The translations under genes were made by a program, and so were the position numbers. From UHGV virus genome UHGV-0036853: a DNA stretch of 64,000 bases; one strand, written 5' to 3'. The notes under the pieces were generated by a model. That model made no database searches. It was not told where the DNA came from and saw nothing but the letters and a program-made list of their open reading frames with translations. This document shows positions 30,190-41,078 of the stretch, piece after piece (the stretch's first letter is position 1; each line of letters starts with the position of its first letter). This DNA is from a virus.

Positions 30190-33100
30190 TCAGTTGCTTG
30201 TTGCCCCAACAGTACCGGCAAATTTCAGCCATTGACCTGACGGACTTCTATTACTACGGTAGTGATAAACGAGGATTGCGTTTGTCACTCCACCGTAGTC
30301 AGCTTTATGTGACGTTGTTAAACGAATTGTATAATCACCGTTAGGTAGATTAAAAACTTCGATTATAGATTCTGCTAATTCTACAGCACCAAATCCCGTT
30401 ATATTGTTGATACTGCCAGCATTGAATCCCATAGCATCGCCAAAGCCAATCCAATAACTTTTGCTAAATGCCCCATTTGATTTAAGGTGGCTAATGAATG
30501 TGGACAAACTCATGCCCATATCCCCACCAGAAACAGAGGAAGTTCGCACAGTCATGCTTGGAAGAGAACTACTCTTCACATAGGAACTGAGAAGGTTTGT
30601 TACCTCTGTTTTCGTATAAGCATTAAGGTTAGCCGCAGTCAAAGTTATATCGGCAGAGCCATCAAACGCCACACCAGCAATTTTCCTTGCTGTCTGCAAT
30701 TTTGTGGCGGTTGCAGCATTACCAGTAGTGTTCTGATTACCGGTCGTATTCACACCAGGTAAGTTAATATTGGCTGTACCGTTAAAACTAACACCACCGA
30801 TAGTACGAGCCGTTTGTAACTTCGTGGCTGAAGCTGCGTTACCAGTCGTATTCTGATTACCCGCTATATTAACACCCGGCAAGTTAATATTGGCGGTACC
30901 ATTAAACGACACACCTCCAATTGTTCTGGCTGTCTGCAACTTCGTTGCAGAGGCTGCGTTGCCAGTAGTGTTCTGATTACCGGTGGCATTGACACCTGGA
31001 ATAGAGTCTTTGGACGTATAAACTTGCGCCCATTCAGACCAACTGGATGCATCCGTATCTCGTCGCGAACGTACATGTACAGGCGCATGAGCACCACTTG
31101 TACCGCTCCAACCTATGAACAACTCACCTTCACCAACGGCCGTTGCGCCCTTAAGATGAAGCACATTCCCGTAAGTCGAAGGGTAGCCATTGTTATATGC
31201 CTCGTACATCTGCAATCCAGTCGCAGCACCTTGTGTTGTACCGGTGAGCGCAGTAACGCGTCCTCTGGACGTAATTGTTGGTATTGAAATATTCGCAGAG
31301 CCGTTAAACGACACCCCGTTAATAGTTCTAGCAGTTTGCAACTTGGTCGCTGTGGCCGCGTTACCGGTAGTGTTCTGATTACCGGCAGCATTAACACCAG
31401 GCAAATTAATATTCGCAGTGCCATCGAAGCTAACACCACCGATGGTTCTTGCTGTCTGCAATTTAGTAGCTGTAGCAGCATTACCTGTGGTGCTTTGGTT
31501 GCCAGCTTTGTTAACTCCGGGCAAGTCGATGTTGGCAGTTCCGTTAAATGAAACGCCACCAATCGTTCTTGCCGTTTGAAGTTTTGTAGCGGTTGCGGCA
31601 TTACCAGTAGTGCTCTGATTACCTGCCGTGTTTACACCAGGCAAATTTATGTTCGCAGATCCATCGAAGGCCACGCCGCCGATAGTTCTTGCAGTCTGCA
31701 ATTTCGTGGCGGTACTCGCATTGCCATTCAATGAACCAGTTAATCCACCAGTAACAGACAACGGACCTGAAACCGTCCCTCCTGATGTTGATAATGCACC
31801 TATATCCGATGGCGTAGGTTTGTATTTTGTATTGTAGTCTCGTCGCCAGCCTGGAGAATAATCTGTCCCGTGGTTAATATAAGTAAATTGAGCGTTAGCA
31901 GTACCACCACCGCTAGATGTTGTTGGTGTGGTAACGCGGATCGTCATTGCTGACTTTATCCCCATTACCTCAATTACTGCCCCGGCAAGATGAATATTGC
32001 CACAACCAGTATCAGTAATGATTTTGTTGTTGCCATACGACCATGAGCCTTTACACATCCAGTACGGATGATTAAACGCCCCTTGAGAGTCCAACCATTC
32101 GACAAACTGTGCCGTAGTCCAGTTTCCTGCTGTTGTACTTACAGAGCCTCCAAATGCTCGCCCAGCGCCAATATTTTTCGTGAAGGTATCCTTACCTGGT
32201 ATATCAGCACCATTCTGGTTCTTCGCCAATCGGCTATTCGCATTGTCATTCGCAGCTTTAACTGCCTTTGGAGTTGCAGCCAGTGATTCGCTGGTGCTAT
32301 CGACAGCACTGCTAAGTTTCACAACACCTTTAGTTGTAAGGCTTGCGTCTTCCATCGCAACTGCACCGGCAATCTCTTCAGCACGATCAGCGGCAGCTTC
32401 TGCACGGGTCGCAGCGGATTCAGCAGCAGTTTTGCTCTGAGATGCAGCCGTCGCACTGCCTGCCGCCTCTGTTGCTTTCGTGGATGCCGTTGAAGCACTA
32501 CCCTTCGCAGCTGATGCCTGCTTGGTCGCCTCATCCTTTGAAGCAGACGCCGAGGTGGCTGATGCTGACGCAGAACTTGCAGATTCAGCAGCCGCAGTCT
32601 TAGAGGAAGCGGCATTGTCTTCTGAAGACTTTGCATTTGTTTCAGAGGTTTTCGCTGCTGATGCTGAATTTTTAGCGGCTGTAGCCTGATTCGTCGCCTC
32701 AGTCGCTTTTGCGGTAGCTGTTGCCGCTGATGACGACGCGCTTTCCGCAGATTTTCCTGCCGCAGTTGCACTTGATGAAGCACTATCCGCACTTGCTGAG
32801 GCTGCGCTTGCTGACGCTTCTGCCGCAGATTTCGAACTGTTTGCAGACGATGCACTCTGCCCGGCTGCCGTTTCAGATGCTTTTGCGTTTGTCTCTGACG
32901 CTTTTGCTGCCTTAGACGAATTTTCAGCTTCTGTTGCAAATGATGCCGCCGCGTTTGCACTCGATGAAGCGTTAGCCTCTGATGCTTTAGCCGCATCCTT
33001 AGATGCAGAGGCACTGGACGCAGATGTGGCCGCCTCCGATGCTTTAGTCGACGCTACAGATGCTGATTCTGCTGCCGCGACATATGCTGATTCTGCGTTC

Positions 33101-33717
33101 GTTTCAGATTTTTTCGCAGCAGTTGCACTCGCACTTGCAGCACTTTGTGAGGATTCCGCAGCGGATGCACTTTGAGACGCTTGAGAGGCTTTTTCTCCAG
33201 CGGTATTGGCGCTTTCTGCTGCTGCGGCAGCACTGGCCGCCGCCTCACGAGCTTTGTCGCCAGCAGCGTCAATCGCATCGGTGTTATTTTTATACCACTC
33301 AACGTTTTCGTTGTGCTCGTTGACGATCTGCATCAGCGGCTTAACGGTCACTTCTGTACCGTCTTCACGCTCGATTGTCACCTCATCCAGCGCAGTCAAC
33401 CAACTGCGCATGGACTTGGAATCAGCCGACATACGCGACATTAGCGCAGTAAAGCGCGCGCTAAACTGTGTTAAGTCGCCTTCATAGGTCGTAATGATTC
33501 GGCACGGAACTTCAGACTGAGTTTCGCCGGTATAAGGTTCTGAGAGAACAATATTCGTATCGCTTGTTACGCGCTTGATCTCATACAGCTTATTGTCGGG
33601 GCCAATGACGATCATCCCCGGCAACACACCATTAGCTGTTACGTTCCAGGCTGTCCCAACCCCAACCAGAGTATTGCTACCCTGTGTAAATGTGATAGTA
33701 CCTTCCCTGTACCACAT
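30190..33717 (-). CDS. long tail fibre protein with Ala/Ser-rich stalk and tandem repeat units
   Basis: 1175 aa; about 8 copies of GVSFNGTANINLPGVN..GNQNTTGNAA.ATKLQTARTIGG; long A/S/E-rich low-complexity region. Confidence 0.75.
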   Translation of the reverse strand: MWYREGTITFTQGSNTLVGVGTAWNVTANGVLPGMIVIGPDNKLYEIKRVTSDTNIVLSEPYTGETQSEVPCRIITTYEGDLTQFSARFTALMSRMSADSKSMRSWLTALDEVTIEREDGTEVTVKPLMQIVNEHNENVEWYKNNTDAIDAAGDKAREAAASAAAAAESANTAGEKASQASQSASAAESSQSAASASATAAKKSETNAESAYVAAAESASVASTKASEAATSASSASASKDAAKASEANASSSANAAASFATEAENSSKAAKASETNAKASETAAGQSASSANSSKSAAEASASAASASADSASSSATAAGKSAESASSSAATATAKATEATNQATAAKNSASAAKTSETNAKSSEDNAASSKTAAAESASSASASATSASASKDEATKQASAAKGSASTASTKATEAAGSATAASQSKTAAESAATRAEAAADRAEEIAGAVAMEDASLTTKGVVKLSSAVDSTSESLAATPKAVKAANDNANSRLAKNQNGADIPGKDTFTKNIGAGRAFGGSVSTTAGNWTTAQFVEWLDSQGAFNHPYWMCKGSWSYGNNKIITDTGCGNIHLAGAVIEVMGIKSAMTIRVTTPTTSSGGGTANAQFTYINHGTDYSPGWRRDYNTKYKPTPSDIGALSTSGGTVSGPLSVTGGLTGSLNGNASTATKLQTARTIGGVAFDGSANINLPGVNTAGNQSTTGNAATATKLQTARTIGGVSFNGTANIDLPGVNKAGNQSTTGNAATATKLQTARTIGGVSFDGTANINLPGVNAAGNQNTTGNAATATKLQTARTINGVSFNGSANISIPTITSRGRVTALTGTTQGAATGLQMYEAYNNGYPSTYGNVLHLKGATAVGEGELFIGWSGTSGAHAPVHVRSRRDTDASSWSEWAQVYTSKDSIPGVNATGNQNTTGNAASATKLQTARTIGGVSFNGTANINLPGVNIAGNQNTTGNAASATKLQTARTIGGVSFNGTANINLPGVNTTGNQNTTGNAATATKLQTARKIAGVAFDGSADITLTAANLNAYTKTEVTNLLSSYVKSSSLPSMTVRTSSVSGGDMGMSLSTFISHLKSNGAFSKSYWIGFGDAMGFNAGSINNITGFGAVELAESIIEVFNLPNGDYTIRLTTSHKADYGGVTNAILVYHYRSNRSPSGQWLKFAGTVGATSN
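30680..31700 (-). repeat. intragenic tandem repeats (~110 bp units) in tail fibre gene
   Basis: near-identical DNA units encoding the repeated fibre motif. Confidence 0.7.
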
Positions 33718-33809
33718 GTTGAATATGCTCCTTGATTTGGCGGGCTATCCTTGCCCGCCATTAAGTAAGTACATACTTATTTTTACCGATGTAAATATTT
33801 TTTTCTACA

Positions 33810-36800
33810 TTACAGAAGGCCAATTCTTACTCGTAGGACGTTGTTATCGTCATAAACGTCAATCCGCTGACCATTTATGACCAGTCGCCCATTACCTCCG
33901 CTATTACCGTTGATCTCAAGCGTTCCATTTTTGCCGAACCGCCATCCAGATCTACCGCTAACAAAATTGGTAGATTGCAGATCGCCTACTTTTGCATTGG
34001 TGATTGTGCCATCCTTGATATACGCACCATTCATATAGGCGATACTGTTTTCGATAACAAATGGCGTGGTGATCTTCCCGTTAACAGAGTTGACCAAACC
34101 AAATCTGTCCGCCTGCACCAAAAACTGAGAAAGACCGGTGGTGTCGATACCAAGCGCAATACCGGCAACATACTTCTGCCCTCCGCTCGTTGAAGTCTCC
34201 ATTTTCAACGTCCACGCGGTTGAGACTTTTTTGTTGGTATCAGCAATGGCCGTTGCCTGCTGTTGAATTGTCGCGGTATTTCCATCCACCTCTGCTTTCA
34301 GAGTATCGATTCGCCCACTTAGAGCATTATCTGCCTGCGTTCTCGCTGTCGTTTCAGTTGTGACCGCCGCAGAAATGTTGGCTGCTGTTTGAGACTCTAA
34401 GTTTGTGATTTGAGTCGCCAGTGCCGCATCTTGCTCTGTACGCGTTTTCGTTTCGGTTGCTACAGCCGCTTTAATATCCTCTTTGTATTGAGAGGTCAGC
34501 TTGGTGATCTGAGATGACAACGCCGAGTCAGCATCAGTTCGAGCCTGCGTTTCAACTGCAACGGCCGCACTAATATCTTTCGCAGTCTGTGCTTTTAAAC
34601 TTGAAACCTCTTTTGTTAAAGCGGTATCACCATCTGCACGAGCCGTTGTTTCTCTGGCAAGAGATGCCTCGAGATCATTAGCTTTTGCTGTAAGAGACGT
34701 AATCTGAGTGGACAATGCACTATCGGCATCAGTCCTTGCCTTTGTCTCTACAGCAACCGCTGCGGCAATATCAGTTCCGGTCTGTGCTCGCAGGCTGTTA
34801 ATTTCTCGTGAGAGCGCCTGGTCAGCACTTGCCCTGGCCTCCTGCTCCTGAGTGATGGCAGCGGATATATCACCGTCAACCTTTGACTGAAGCTGGTTTA
34901 TTTGTTTGGCTAATGCAGAGTCCCCGCTTGCTCGAGCCTCCTGCTCACTACGTATTGCAGCAGAAATATCATCATCAACCTTTGCCTGAAGTTGGGTGAT
35001 CTGACTTGCCAGAGCCGAATCTTCCGTTGCTCGGGCTTCTTGCTCTTCCTTAATAGCTGCGACGATATCGTTGCTTACTTTCGACTCAAGCTGAGTGATC
35101 TGTGTCGTCAGAGCTTCATCGGCAGATGTACGAGCCTCCTGCTCTGTACTAATCGCCGCGCTGATATCTCCTTCAAACTTAGATTGCAGCTGAGTGACAC
35201 GCTTTGCCAACGCTTCATCGCCATCGGCACGAGCGGTGGACTCTTCCAGAATACTGGCCTTAATGTCTTCGCCAATTTCTACGCGAATTTCCTCAACCTT
35301 CGTGGCCATTGCAGACATATCATCAGCAAAGGTTTTCTGTGTTGTTGCGATCTTCGCGTTATTGACCATCTGCTTGTGCTGGTCTTCATCTTGACGAAGA
35401 GCCAGGTCAATATTTGTTTTGGCTAACGCCTCAATGTTCGTAGTCAGTTCTGCACTGGCACGATCGACCTCTGCAACCGTCTTTTTCATTTCTTCAACAG
35501 CAGCGGAGCTTTCCTCTACCGTTGACTGCAACACTTCCAGTTGTTTAGCGTTTGCAGCATCGCCTTCAACACGAGCCTCGCTTTCCTTAGCAATAAGAGC
35601 TGCTGCTTCATCTCTTGCAGCCTTTATTGCCTCGACTGTATTAGCGAGAGCTTTATCGTGTTCAGATACGGTGTTTTCGATTTCAACAATTGCAGCATCA
35701 GTAGCATCAATTTTTTCAAACGCTTCATTGACCTTGTCGATCGTTGCCGAAACCTCACCTTTAAGCTCGGTTTGTGCGTTCTCCAAAGCATCGCTACGCT
35801 CGTTGAATTTTATTTCAAAATCCGCGAGGTTATCGCTGAACTGCTTATCTAATTCAGCTATATCTTCCTTAACGTCGTTTACCGACCCCTCCAAAGATTC
35901 GACGCTCTGGTTGATATGCTCATTTAACTCGTCAACTGCTTCTTGAGAGGCTTTGCTGTTGATGTCCTCAAGCAGAGCCTGACCAAGCTCAGACGATGTA
36001 ATCTTACCTTCCAGGAACGACAGTACATCGCGAGTTGTCGCCTCTGTACCCAAGTTTGAGTTCGGAGGACTTAACATGCCGCGCTTGTTCGATGCTCGAA
36101 CCCAGTAATACCACGTTTCACTATCCCCAAGACCAGCATGTGTAAAGGTGGTGCTTGCAGACTCCGCGATCAGTTTCGCCGTATCCAGATTGTTGGTCTG
36201 GGATGCGTAAACATTAATGTGATCAAGGTCTACCGAATCTGGATTAACCCAATTTAGTATCACATTACGATAGTCTCCAACGGCCGTTAATGACGTTGGT
36301 GCATCCGGCGGTGTCATTGTGCCCAGCACCTGATAAACGGTACTGATAATTTCTGTTTTTTTACCGTTGAATGAAACCGCATACAGTTGGAAGTCGTAGC
36401 GTCCATTCTCCGCGACATTAACGATTTCGTATTGCTCTTCGGTTACACGCGCCGATTGCCAGTTCGATACATTGTTTTCATCAGAACGTCGCCAACTGAT
36501 CCAATACTCTGGAGATTTCCCTTCCCATGTTGCAGTCAGTTTTACTGACAGGTTTCCCGGGCTTGAGAGATAAGTCCCTTCAGTGATTTGCAAATTAGAT
36601 GGCTTGGAGTAAGTCGGGTCCAATACCGTCGTATTCTGCGGGATAAGCGTTGCACCATTGTCGATTGCCTCATATTTAGACGGATTGTTCTCAACAGCGG
36701 TGATGTCAAAGCTACCCGGCGTTTCCCCCTGCGCGATGTTAACGATGCGAACGCGCATAGGTTCGAGATCTGGTTCTGTAATTGTCCAGACACCGTTCAA

Positions 36801-38540
36801 AACAGGCGTTTCCGCTGACGACAGGGCTTTTGAAAACGTAACCTTTGTTATGTTTTCGCCAGTTTCAAGAACATCGCGTTCAACGATTTTGCCTTCCTGA
36901 TTCAATATCCGAATAAAGCTGCCGCTTTTAGCTAACGACACAGGCGCATCGAGAGTGATGCTGTTTTTGGTAAACTCCACAATTCGACCGGAGTTACGTT
37001 TACCTGCACGATATTTGTTCTGAATCAGAACGGTTTCACCGGGCATCAGAAATGAGGCGTCTAAGCCGGCAGTAAATGTAATTACATCCGACTCCATTCT
37101 GGCGGTATACAAAAGCCACAAACCAACTCGGTGAGCCTGGCCTCGGCTTGTACATCCAAATGCTACGACTTCTGTTTTACGCTCACCATAACGGCGCATT
37201 GCGTCCTGATCTTCAACGTACTCGATGTTTTGCTTATAACCGTCCTCCTTGTTGTTGTAGGTCACGAGCGCAACGGATGGGCGATCTTTACGCGCAGAAC
37301 CTTTATAGGTAAACAGTCCATCTTTGACGTTGGAGTTGGTAAACATCATTACCGGATCTGATGGGCTATCCTGCATGATGTTAACCATGCCACCAGCCCA
37401 AAACACCATGCCGCGGAATGCACCGGCAATATCCTGAATTAATCGGTATGCGTCTTGTCGACTGGTGATCTGCGTATTGATTGCAAAGCGTTTCTCTTTA
37501 CCCCCAAAGCCATCATCGACCTCTTCGTCACAATATCGACCAATCAGGTAGAGCTGGCCGAGGTCAATCATGGATTCCGACACAAATTGCCCAAGACCAT
37601 ACCGAGTATTGGTAAGCAAATCGTAGAGAATCCACGCAGGGTTTGAAGAAGACAACAGCTTAAAAGTACCGTCCCATACGCCGACATAAGTATTGGTGTA
37701 TTCGTTGTAGTTTGACGGCACTCGAATTTTGATACCGCGCACCAAATACGAACGAGAAGGCATTGTGCTACCAAACTGCTCTGAATTGACCTTTAAGCCA
37801 ACAAGTGCAGAGTTAGGGTAGTTCATGGGTGTATCTACAATCTCACCTATGGAATCAACCCATGTGTCGTTGTAGAGGTACTGGCTACTGTTATCATCTG
37901 TAAGACGAATCACCCTAACCTTGTATGCACGACCAGGCTTAGGTAGTTTCAGCTCATAGCTACGGTAATACACTCCTGTTTTCTTTGCCGTTAGCGTGAT
38001 ATCAACGCTTTTCTCACCTTCTGCCACTACATCAGAAAATGTTGCGTCTCCGTTGGCGATCTGGAATTTGTACTTCACCGTAGTGCCATTTGTATCGCCA
38101 GAGCTTTTATCAACGCTACGTAAAGAGGGGAATTTCATGATGACACGAACGCGATCAGCTTCATCGTTATCGATTGAAACCGTAACGTCGTGTGTTTTTT
38201 TAAGCTGAATATTTACGGACTTAGGCGTTTCAACAAAATCAAAACCAGCCATTGGCGTCTGGTCTTGTGAGCCGTCACGAAAATCCCATGTAATACCGCT
38301 GAAGTTGGAAGAGCCATCTTCATTCAAGATCGGTAAATCGTCGATGAAGATCGACTTTGCGCCATTTACCAGGCCACCGATAACCCCCTCACCAAGAAGG
38401 TCGAGGATGGCTGCCATAGCACGAGAATTGACAGTATCATCAGCTTCAACCGGGGTACGGCTGGAGCTTTTACTTTTCTTGCCACCAGCACCGGCAATAA
38501 GAAGCGGTAATTTTTTCTTCTTGAACTGTTCCATGTCCAA
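33810..38540 (-). CDS. lambda J-like tail tip / host specificity protein with C-terminal coiled-coil repeat extension
   Basis: NPAWILYDLLTNTRYGLG block typical of J-family; C-terminal ~30-aa repeats DISAAV..E..ART.AD.AL. Confidence 0.8.
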   Translation of the reverse strand: MDMEQFKKKKLPLLIAGAGGKKSKSSSRTPVEADDTVNSRAMAAILDLLGEGVIGGLVNGAKSIFIDDLPILNEDGSSNFSGITWDFRDGSQDQTPMAGFDFVETPKSVNIQLKKTHDVTVSIDNDEADRVRVIMKFPSLRSVDKSSGDTNGTTVKYKFQIANGDATFSDVVAEGEKSVDITLTAKKTGVYYRSYELKLPKPGRAYKVRVIRLTDDNSSQYLYNDTWVDSIGEIVDTPMNYPNSALVGLKVNSEQFGSTMPSRSYLVRGIKIRVPSNYNEYTNTYVGVWDGTFKLLSSSNPAWILYDLLTNTRYGLGQFVSESMIDLGQLYLIGRYCDEEVDDGFGGKEKRFAINTQITSRQDAYRLIQDIAGAFRGMVFWAGGMVNIMQDSPSDPVMMFTNSNVKDGLFTYKGSARKDRPSVALVTYNNKEDGYKQNIEYVEDQDAMRRYGERKTEVVAFGCTSRGQAHRVGLWLLYTARMESDVITFTAGLDASFLMPGETVLIQNKYRAGKRNSGRIVEFTKNSITLDAPVSLAKSGSFIRILNQEGKIVERDVLETGENITKVTFSKALSSAETPVLNGVWTITEPDLEPMRVRIVNIAQGETPGSFDITAVENNPSKYEAIDNGATLIPQNTTVLDPTYSKPSNLQITEGTYLSSPGNLSVKLTATWEGKSPEYWISWRRSDENNVSNWQSARVTEEQYEIVNVAENGRYDFQLYAVSFNGKKTEIISTVYQVLGTMTPPDAPTSLTAVGDYRNVILNWVNPDSVDLDHINVYASQTNNLDTAKLIAESASTTFTHAGLGDSETWYYWVRASNKRGMLSPPNSNLGTEATTRDVLSFLEGKITSSELGQALLEDINSKASQEAVDELNEHINQSVESLEGSVNDVKEDIAELDKQFSDNLADFEIKFNERSDALENAQTELKGEVSATIDKVNEAFEKIDATDAAIVEIENTVSEHDKALANTVEAIKAARDEAAALIAKESEARVEGDAANAKQLEVLQSTVEESSAAVEEMKKTVAEVDRASAELTTNIEALAKTNIDLALRQDEDQHKQMVNNAKIATTQKTFADDMSAMATKVEEIRVEIGEDIKASILEESTARADGDEALAKRVTQLQSKFEGDISAAISTEQEARTSADEALTTQITQLESKVSNDIVAAIKEEQEARATEDSALASQITQLQAKVDDDISAAIRSEQEARASGDSALAKQINQLQSKVDGDISAAITQEQEARASADQALSREINSLRAQTGTDIAAAVAVETKARTDADSALSTQITSLTAKANDLEASLARETTARADGDTALTKEVSSLKAQTAKDISAAVAVETQARTDADSALSSQITKLTSQYKEDIKAAVATETKTRTEQDAALATQITNLESQTAANISAAVTTETTARTQADNALSGRIDTLKAEVDGNTATIQQQATAIADTNKKVSTAWTLKMETSTSGGQKYVAGIALGIDTTGLSQFLVQADRFGLVNSVNGKITTPFVIENSIAYMNGAYIKDGTITNAKVGDLQSTNFVSGRSGWRFGKNGTLEINGNSGGNGRLVINGQRIDVYDDNNVLRVRIGLL

Positions 38541-38551
38541 AAAATCCTTGA

Positions 38552-39142
38552 TTACATAAGCTGGTCGATGGTGATAGAAGAACTCACGACCTGTGAGCCA
38601 ACTAAAATTTCCTCGCCATAGATAAGCTGTACAGGGTTCCCCTGGTTTGTTGTGTTTTGAGGTCCATCAAAGTAATAAGAGTTCGAGTTATCCGCCTGCC
38701 TCACACTTTCGTTAGTGGCTTGCGGAGATATGATTTGCGCTATACCGCCCATCATCAGTGACAAACCGAGAGGCGCAAGAGCGGGCACCCATATCGAGGC
38801 AACCATTAATACTGCTCCAACAACCGTCTGAAACCATCCAAAAGCAGATCCACCACTTCCTCGCGGAACAGGGGTAATGCGGATTTTTGCAATATTGTCA
38901 GACTGCCCCATCATCTGATATTCACTCTCGTCCACAGACCACTTGTGGCCCTGTTTATTGGTGATCTGGATGTGGTATCTGTCATAGGTTTTGATATTGC
39001 GCTTCATCCATGCTTTAAACCCAGGCTTGTTGGCCTCAATTAAATCCAGAGCCTGTTTTGTATTGCGCACCTTTAGATGCCAGTGGCGGCCAAAATGTTT
39101 GGCCATAGGGCCGCCAAGCTGCACATGAACTAACTCAGACAC
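38552..39142 (-). CDS. tail assembly protein I-like
   Basis: position and hydrophobic C-terminal region. Confidence 0.6.
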   Translation of the reverse strand: MSELVHVQLGGPMAKHFGRHWHLKVRNTKQALDLIEANKPGFKAWMKRNIKTYDRYHIQITNKQGHKWSVDESEYQMMGQSDNIAKIRITPVPRGSGGSAFGWFQTVVGAVLMVASIWVPALAPLGLSLMMGGIAQIISPQATNESVRQADNSNSYYFDGPQNTTNQGNPVQLIYGEEILVGSQVVSSSITIDQLM

Positions 39143-39954
39143 GTCTCATCTCCCTTGAGCAAGTCTTTGTGACGCAAGTGATGCGTCGTATGTTTCTGAT
39201 ACATCCCGCCGTAATAAGCACGACAACTTAGGCGGTCGATCTGGTGATGAAGAATCATTCCATCACCGATATAAACCGCGCAGTGGTCAGGCATTTTCCC
39301 GTATTGGATAAAGAAGATGTCCCCACGTTGAGGCTCTGTTCCGGGTGCAAGCCGTACCAATCCTTCGTTTCGGTAGTTCTGGTCGAGAATGTCGTTATCG
39401 CCGGTGTACCATGATGGAATATGCAGGTGTGCGTTCGGGTTTAGTTCGACGTTAAACTCACGCTTCAAATAGTCCCGACACAACATCCAGCAATCGAATA
39501 CGCCAAATACATACGGTCTGCCCAGGTATGGCATTTCGAAACCATCAGGAGTGATCACATTCATCTCGCTAAAATGGAAAGGGGCATCTCCCTCAACATT
39601 CTTGCGAATAGCCAGAATCATCCACGGAACTTCCGTCGCTTCGCAGCCTGCACGATCGGCATCAGATGCTTCTGCTGATTCATCAGTATGTGAATGCCAG
39701 ATTGCGATAACATCACCCGCATCCTCTGCCGCCATAATGTCGTCAACGTGCATTACAAAAGTGTTCTGCGGGTTCTCCGAAACATTCCGCGCTTCCATAA
39801 AGCGATATTTGTCGCCATTAGTTCTAACCAGAAAGCCACACGCTTCATTAGGGTAGCGATTTATGGCGCAGAGATAGATTTGCTGCATAACGTCAGAGCC
39901 AAGCTCAGGGATTGCTTTATTACCCATACCGCGTAGCTCCAATAAATCCGCCAA
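39130..39954 (-). CDS. tail assembly protein K-like (JAMM/MPN plus NlpC/P60)
   Basis: HSHTDESAEASDADR metal motif; Cys-His peptidase-like region; true start may be internal. Confidence 0.75.
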   Translation of the reverse strand: MADLLELRGMGNKAIPELGSDVMQQIYLCAINRYPNEACGFLVRTNGDKYRFMEARNVSENPQNTFVMHVDDIMAAEDAGDVIAIWHSHTDESAEASDADRAGCEATEVPWMILAIRKNVEGDAPFHFSEMNVITPDGFEMPYLGRPYVFGVFDCWMLCRDYLKREFNVELNPNAHLHIPSWYTGDNDILDQNYRNEGLVRLAPGTEPQRGDIFFIQYGKMPDHCAVYIGDGMILHHQIDRLSCRAYYGGMYQKHTTHHLRHKDLLKGDETCLS

Positions 39955-40618
39955 AATGGATCACACCGTCGGCAAAATAATTCCGACGCGCATTACAGGC
40001 GTCATAACGTTTTGTGCAGTAATCCGCACCAGACATAGACGTCTGCTGGTTATTTTTGTCGAAATATGGACCGGTATAGCCGCATTCTGGCCCTCGGTAT
40101 TTCCACGGGCAGGTGTTTTTAATGATCTGACGATACGGCAGTTGCACCCCCATCAAATCGAACACACTGGACAATTCAAACTCGACAACCTGATGAGTTT
40201 CGAGAGTTTTCTGTTCGATAAACCACATTTCATCCGGGAAATGTTGGTTTGGATCTGCTGTTGGGTTGCCGTCTTTAAAATTAACGGCATCGAGGAAGCG
40301 AGCCAGCGTCATCTTGCGAATAATGCGGCAGCCAACAAGATCGTCGTTTGCCTGAACTTCCGCAGAGACGGTTCCGGCAAAGTTCGATACCTGAATTTTT
40401 GGACGTGGCAACGTTCCCTGGCCAGTTTTATCAAAGCCTGATGCTTTGATTGGCCACGGCTCGTATGTCACTCCTTGCCAGACGACCGGTTGCATCAGTT
40501 CGTTTGTTCCGGCGTGGAAGAATAGCTTCCCCCCTGAAGTTGTGTTCGACATATCCAGTACGAACAACTCAATGAGTGCAGAGGGAGATAAGCTCTGAAT
40601 ATCAGCTTTAATTCCCAT
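39920..40618 (-). CDS. minor tail protein L-like
   Basis: VVWQG..Y.P.PIK.SGF and C-terminal CPWKYRGPECGY cysteine cluster; start moved to ATG 40618 behind AAGGA. Confidence 0.8.
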   Translation of the reverse strand: MGIKADIQSLSPSALIELFVLDMSNTTSGGKLFFHAGTNELMQPVVWQGVTYEPWPIKASGFDKTGQGTLPRPKIQVSNFAGTVSAEVQANDDLVGCRIIRKMTLARFLDAVNFKDGNPTADPNQHFPDEMWFIEQKTLETHQVVEFELSSVFDLMGVQLPYRQIIKNTCPWKYRGPECGYTGPYFDKNNQQTSMSGADYCTKRYDACNARRNYFADGVIHFGGFIGATRYG

Positions 40619-40700
40619 TGTTTCATCCTTGAAATAAGTAGGCGCTAACATCCTGTCAGCGCCACAATGATAGTAAATTAGTACTTACTTATCCAGATAC

Positions 40701-41036
40701 TTAAGCCTCAAATACTTGTCTGAATGGAGCGGTTAATACTGCGTACCCCTGATATCGCTTGACCGTATGACTGTCACATACAACTACAATCCGTTTTCCT
40801 CTTGGATTAACCCAATAGAACGACTCAACGCCTGCTCGCTCAGTCAGGAAGTCATCGATTGCATTAATTTCGTTGTATGATCTGGTAAAGGTTAACGACC
40901 ATTCTTCTTTAATACGATTAAGACCTTGAGCTTGTCGCTGCTCGTAGTCATCACCAAAATTAAGTACCGTTACATTCGGTTTTACGCTTTTTTCAGATTC
41001 GTAATCTGGATACCAATTAAACGTTTGTCTTTCCAT
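40701..41036 (-). CDS. minor tail protein M-like
   Basis: size, position, FGDDYEQRQAQGLN block. Confidence 0.7.
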   Translation of the reverse strand: MERQTFNWYPDYESEKSVKPNVTVLNFGDDYEQRQAQGLNRIKEEWSLTFTRSYNEINAIDDFLTERAGVESFYWVNPRGKRIVVVCDSHTVKRYQGYAVLTAPFRQVFEA

Positions 41037-41078
41037 CTCACATCCTTGTGAGACTGCCCCGGTCGGGGCAGTCGATAG

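Noticed and set aside
32068-33487. Many overlapping ORFs on both strands inside the tail fibre gene (for example 32319..33014 Arg/Gln-rich, 32480..32689, 33172..33444)
   Set aside because: They lie in the Ala/Ser-rich low-complexity part of the fibre gene, where every frame is open; composition artefacts
34992-35946. Plus-strand ORFs within the J-like gene (34992..35426, 35419..35946, 35541..35852)
   Set aside because: Antisense to the repeat-rich coiled-coil coding region; Ser/Ala-rich artefacts
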